64,000 bases of DNA from Antedon mediterranea (lineage: Eukaryota; Animalia; Echinodermata): positions 372,001-436,000 of the forward strand of contig NC_092680.1 in the NCBI RefSeq assembly GCF_964355755.1, read 5' to 3'. A program made the position numbers and the translations under genes. Positions 63,437-64,000 of the stretch are shown one piece after another (the stretch's first letter is position 1; the number at the start of each line of letters is the position of its first letter). The notes under the pieces were generated by a model that was not told the DNA's origin, searched no databases, and saw nothing but the letters and a program-made list of their open reading frames with translations.

Positions 63437-64000
63437 CATATTCATAGAGTATATACTGTGTATGGTTATTCTCAGCACATTCATAGAGTAGTTACAATAT
63501 ATCTATACTGTGTATGGTTATTCTCAGCATATTCATAGAGTAGTTACAATATATCTATACTGTGTATGGTTATTCTCAGCACATTCATAGAGTAGTTACA
63601 ATATATCTATACTGGGTATGGTTATTCTCAGCATATTCATAGAGTAGTTACAATATATCTATACTGGGTATGGTTATTCTCAGCACATTCATAGAGTAGT
63701 TACAATATATCTATACTGTGTATGGTTATTCTCAGCACATTCATAGAGTAGTTACAATATATCTATACTGTGTATGGTTATTCTCAGCATATTCATAGAG
63801 TAGTTACAATATATCTATACTGTGTATGGTTATTCTCAGCACATTCATAGAGTAGTTACAATATATCTATACTGTGTATGGTTATTCTCAGCATATTCAT
63901 AGAGTAGTTACAATATCTATACTGTGTATGGTTATTCTCAGCATATTCATAGAGTAGTTACAATATCTATACTGTGTATGGTTATTCTCAGCACATTCAT
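63437..64000. repeat. 52-bp tandem repeat, at least 10 copies, running off the window end
   Basis: Unit acattcatagagtagttacaatatatctatactgtgtatggttattctcagc. Confidence 0.95.

Overview
AT-rich, intron-rich genomic DNA from an invertebrate animal (a marine deuterostome such as an echinoderm is my inference, not shown). Seven spliced protein-coding genes are readable, all on the + strand. In order: the 3' part of AP-3 complex subunit beta (AP3B), sorbitol dehydrogenase paralog 1, a small two-exon KCNMB (BK-channel beta)/TipE-like two-TM protein, sorbitol dehydrogenase paralog 2, an alpha-arrestin (ARRDC), a complete HMG-CoA reductase (HMGCR), and the first two coding exons of an insulin/IGF-type receptor. 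Introns and spacers contain many non-autonomous transposons (Harbinger-, Tc1/pogo-, Ginger- and HINE-like), tRNA-derived SINEs, LINE and Penelope fragments, and minisatellites. The most unusual structure is a ~32-copy, 62-bp array in HMGCR built from an exon end plus its splice donor; each unit looks like an in-frame 18-nt microexon flanked by splice signals. It is one of four donor-spanning duplications in the window. Also notable: a precise intron difference between the SORD paralogs, an arrestin without PPxY, tiny TIR-stub insertions, and a gene set matching the human chr1/5/15/19 paralogon. All exon boundaries were read by eye and are not confirmed by transcripts.
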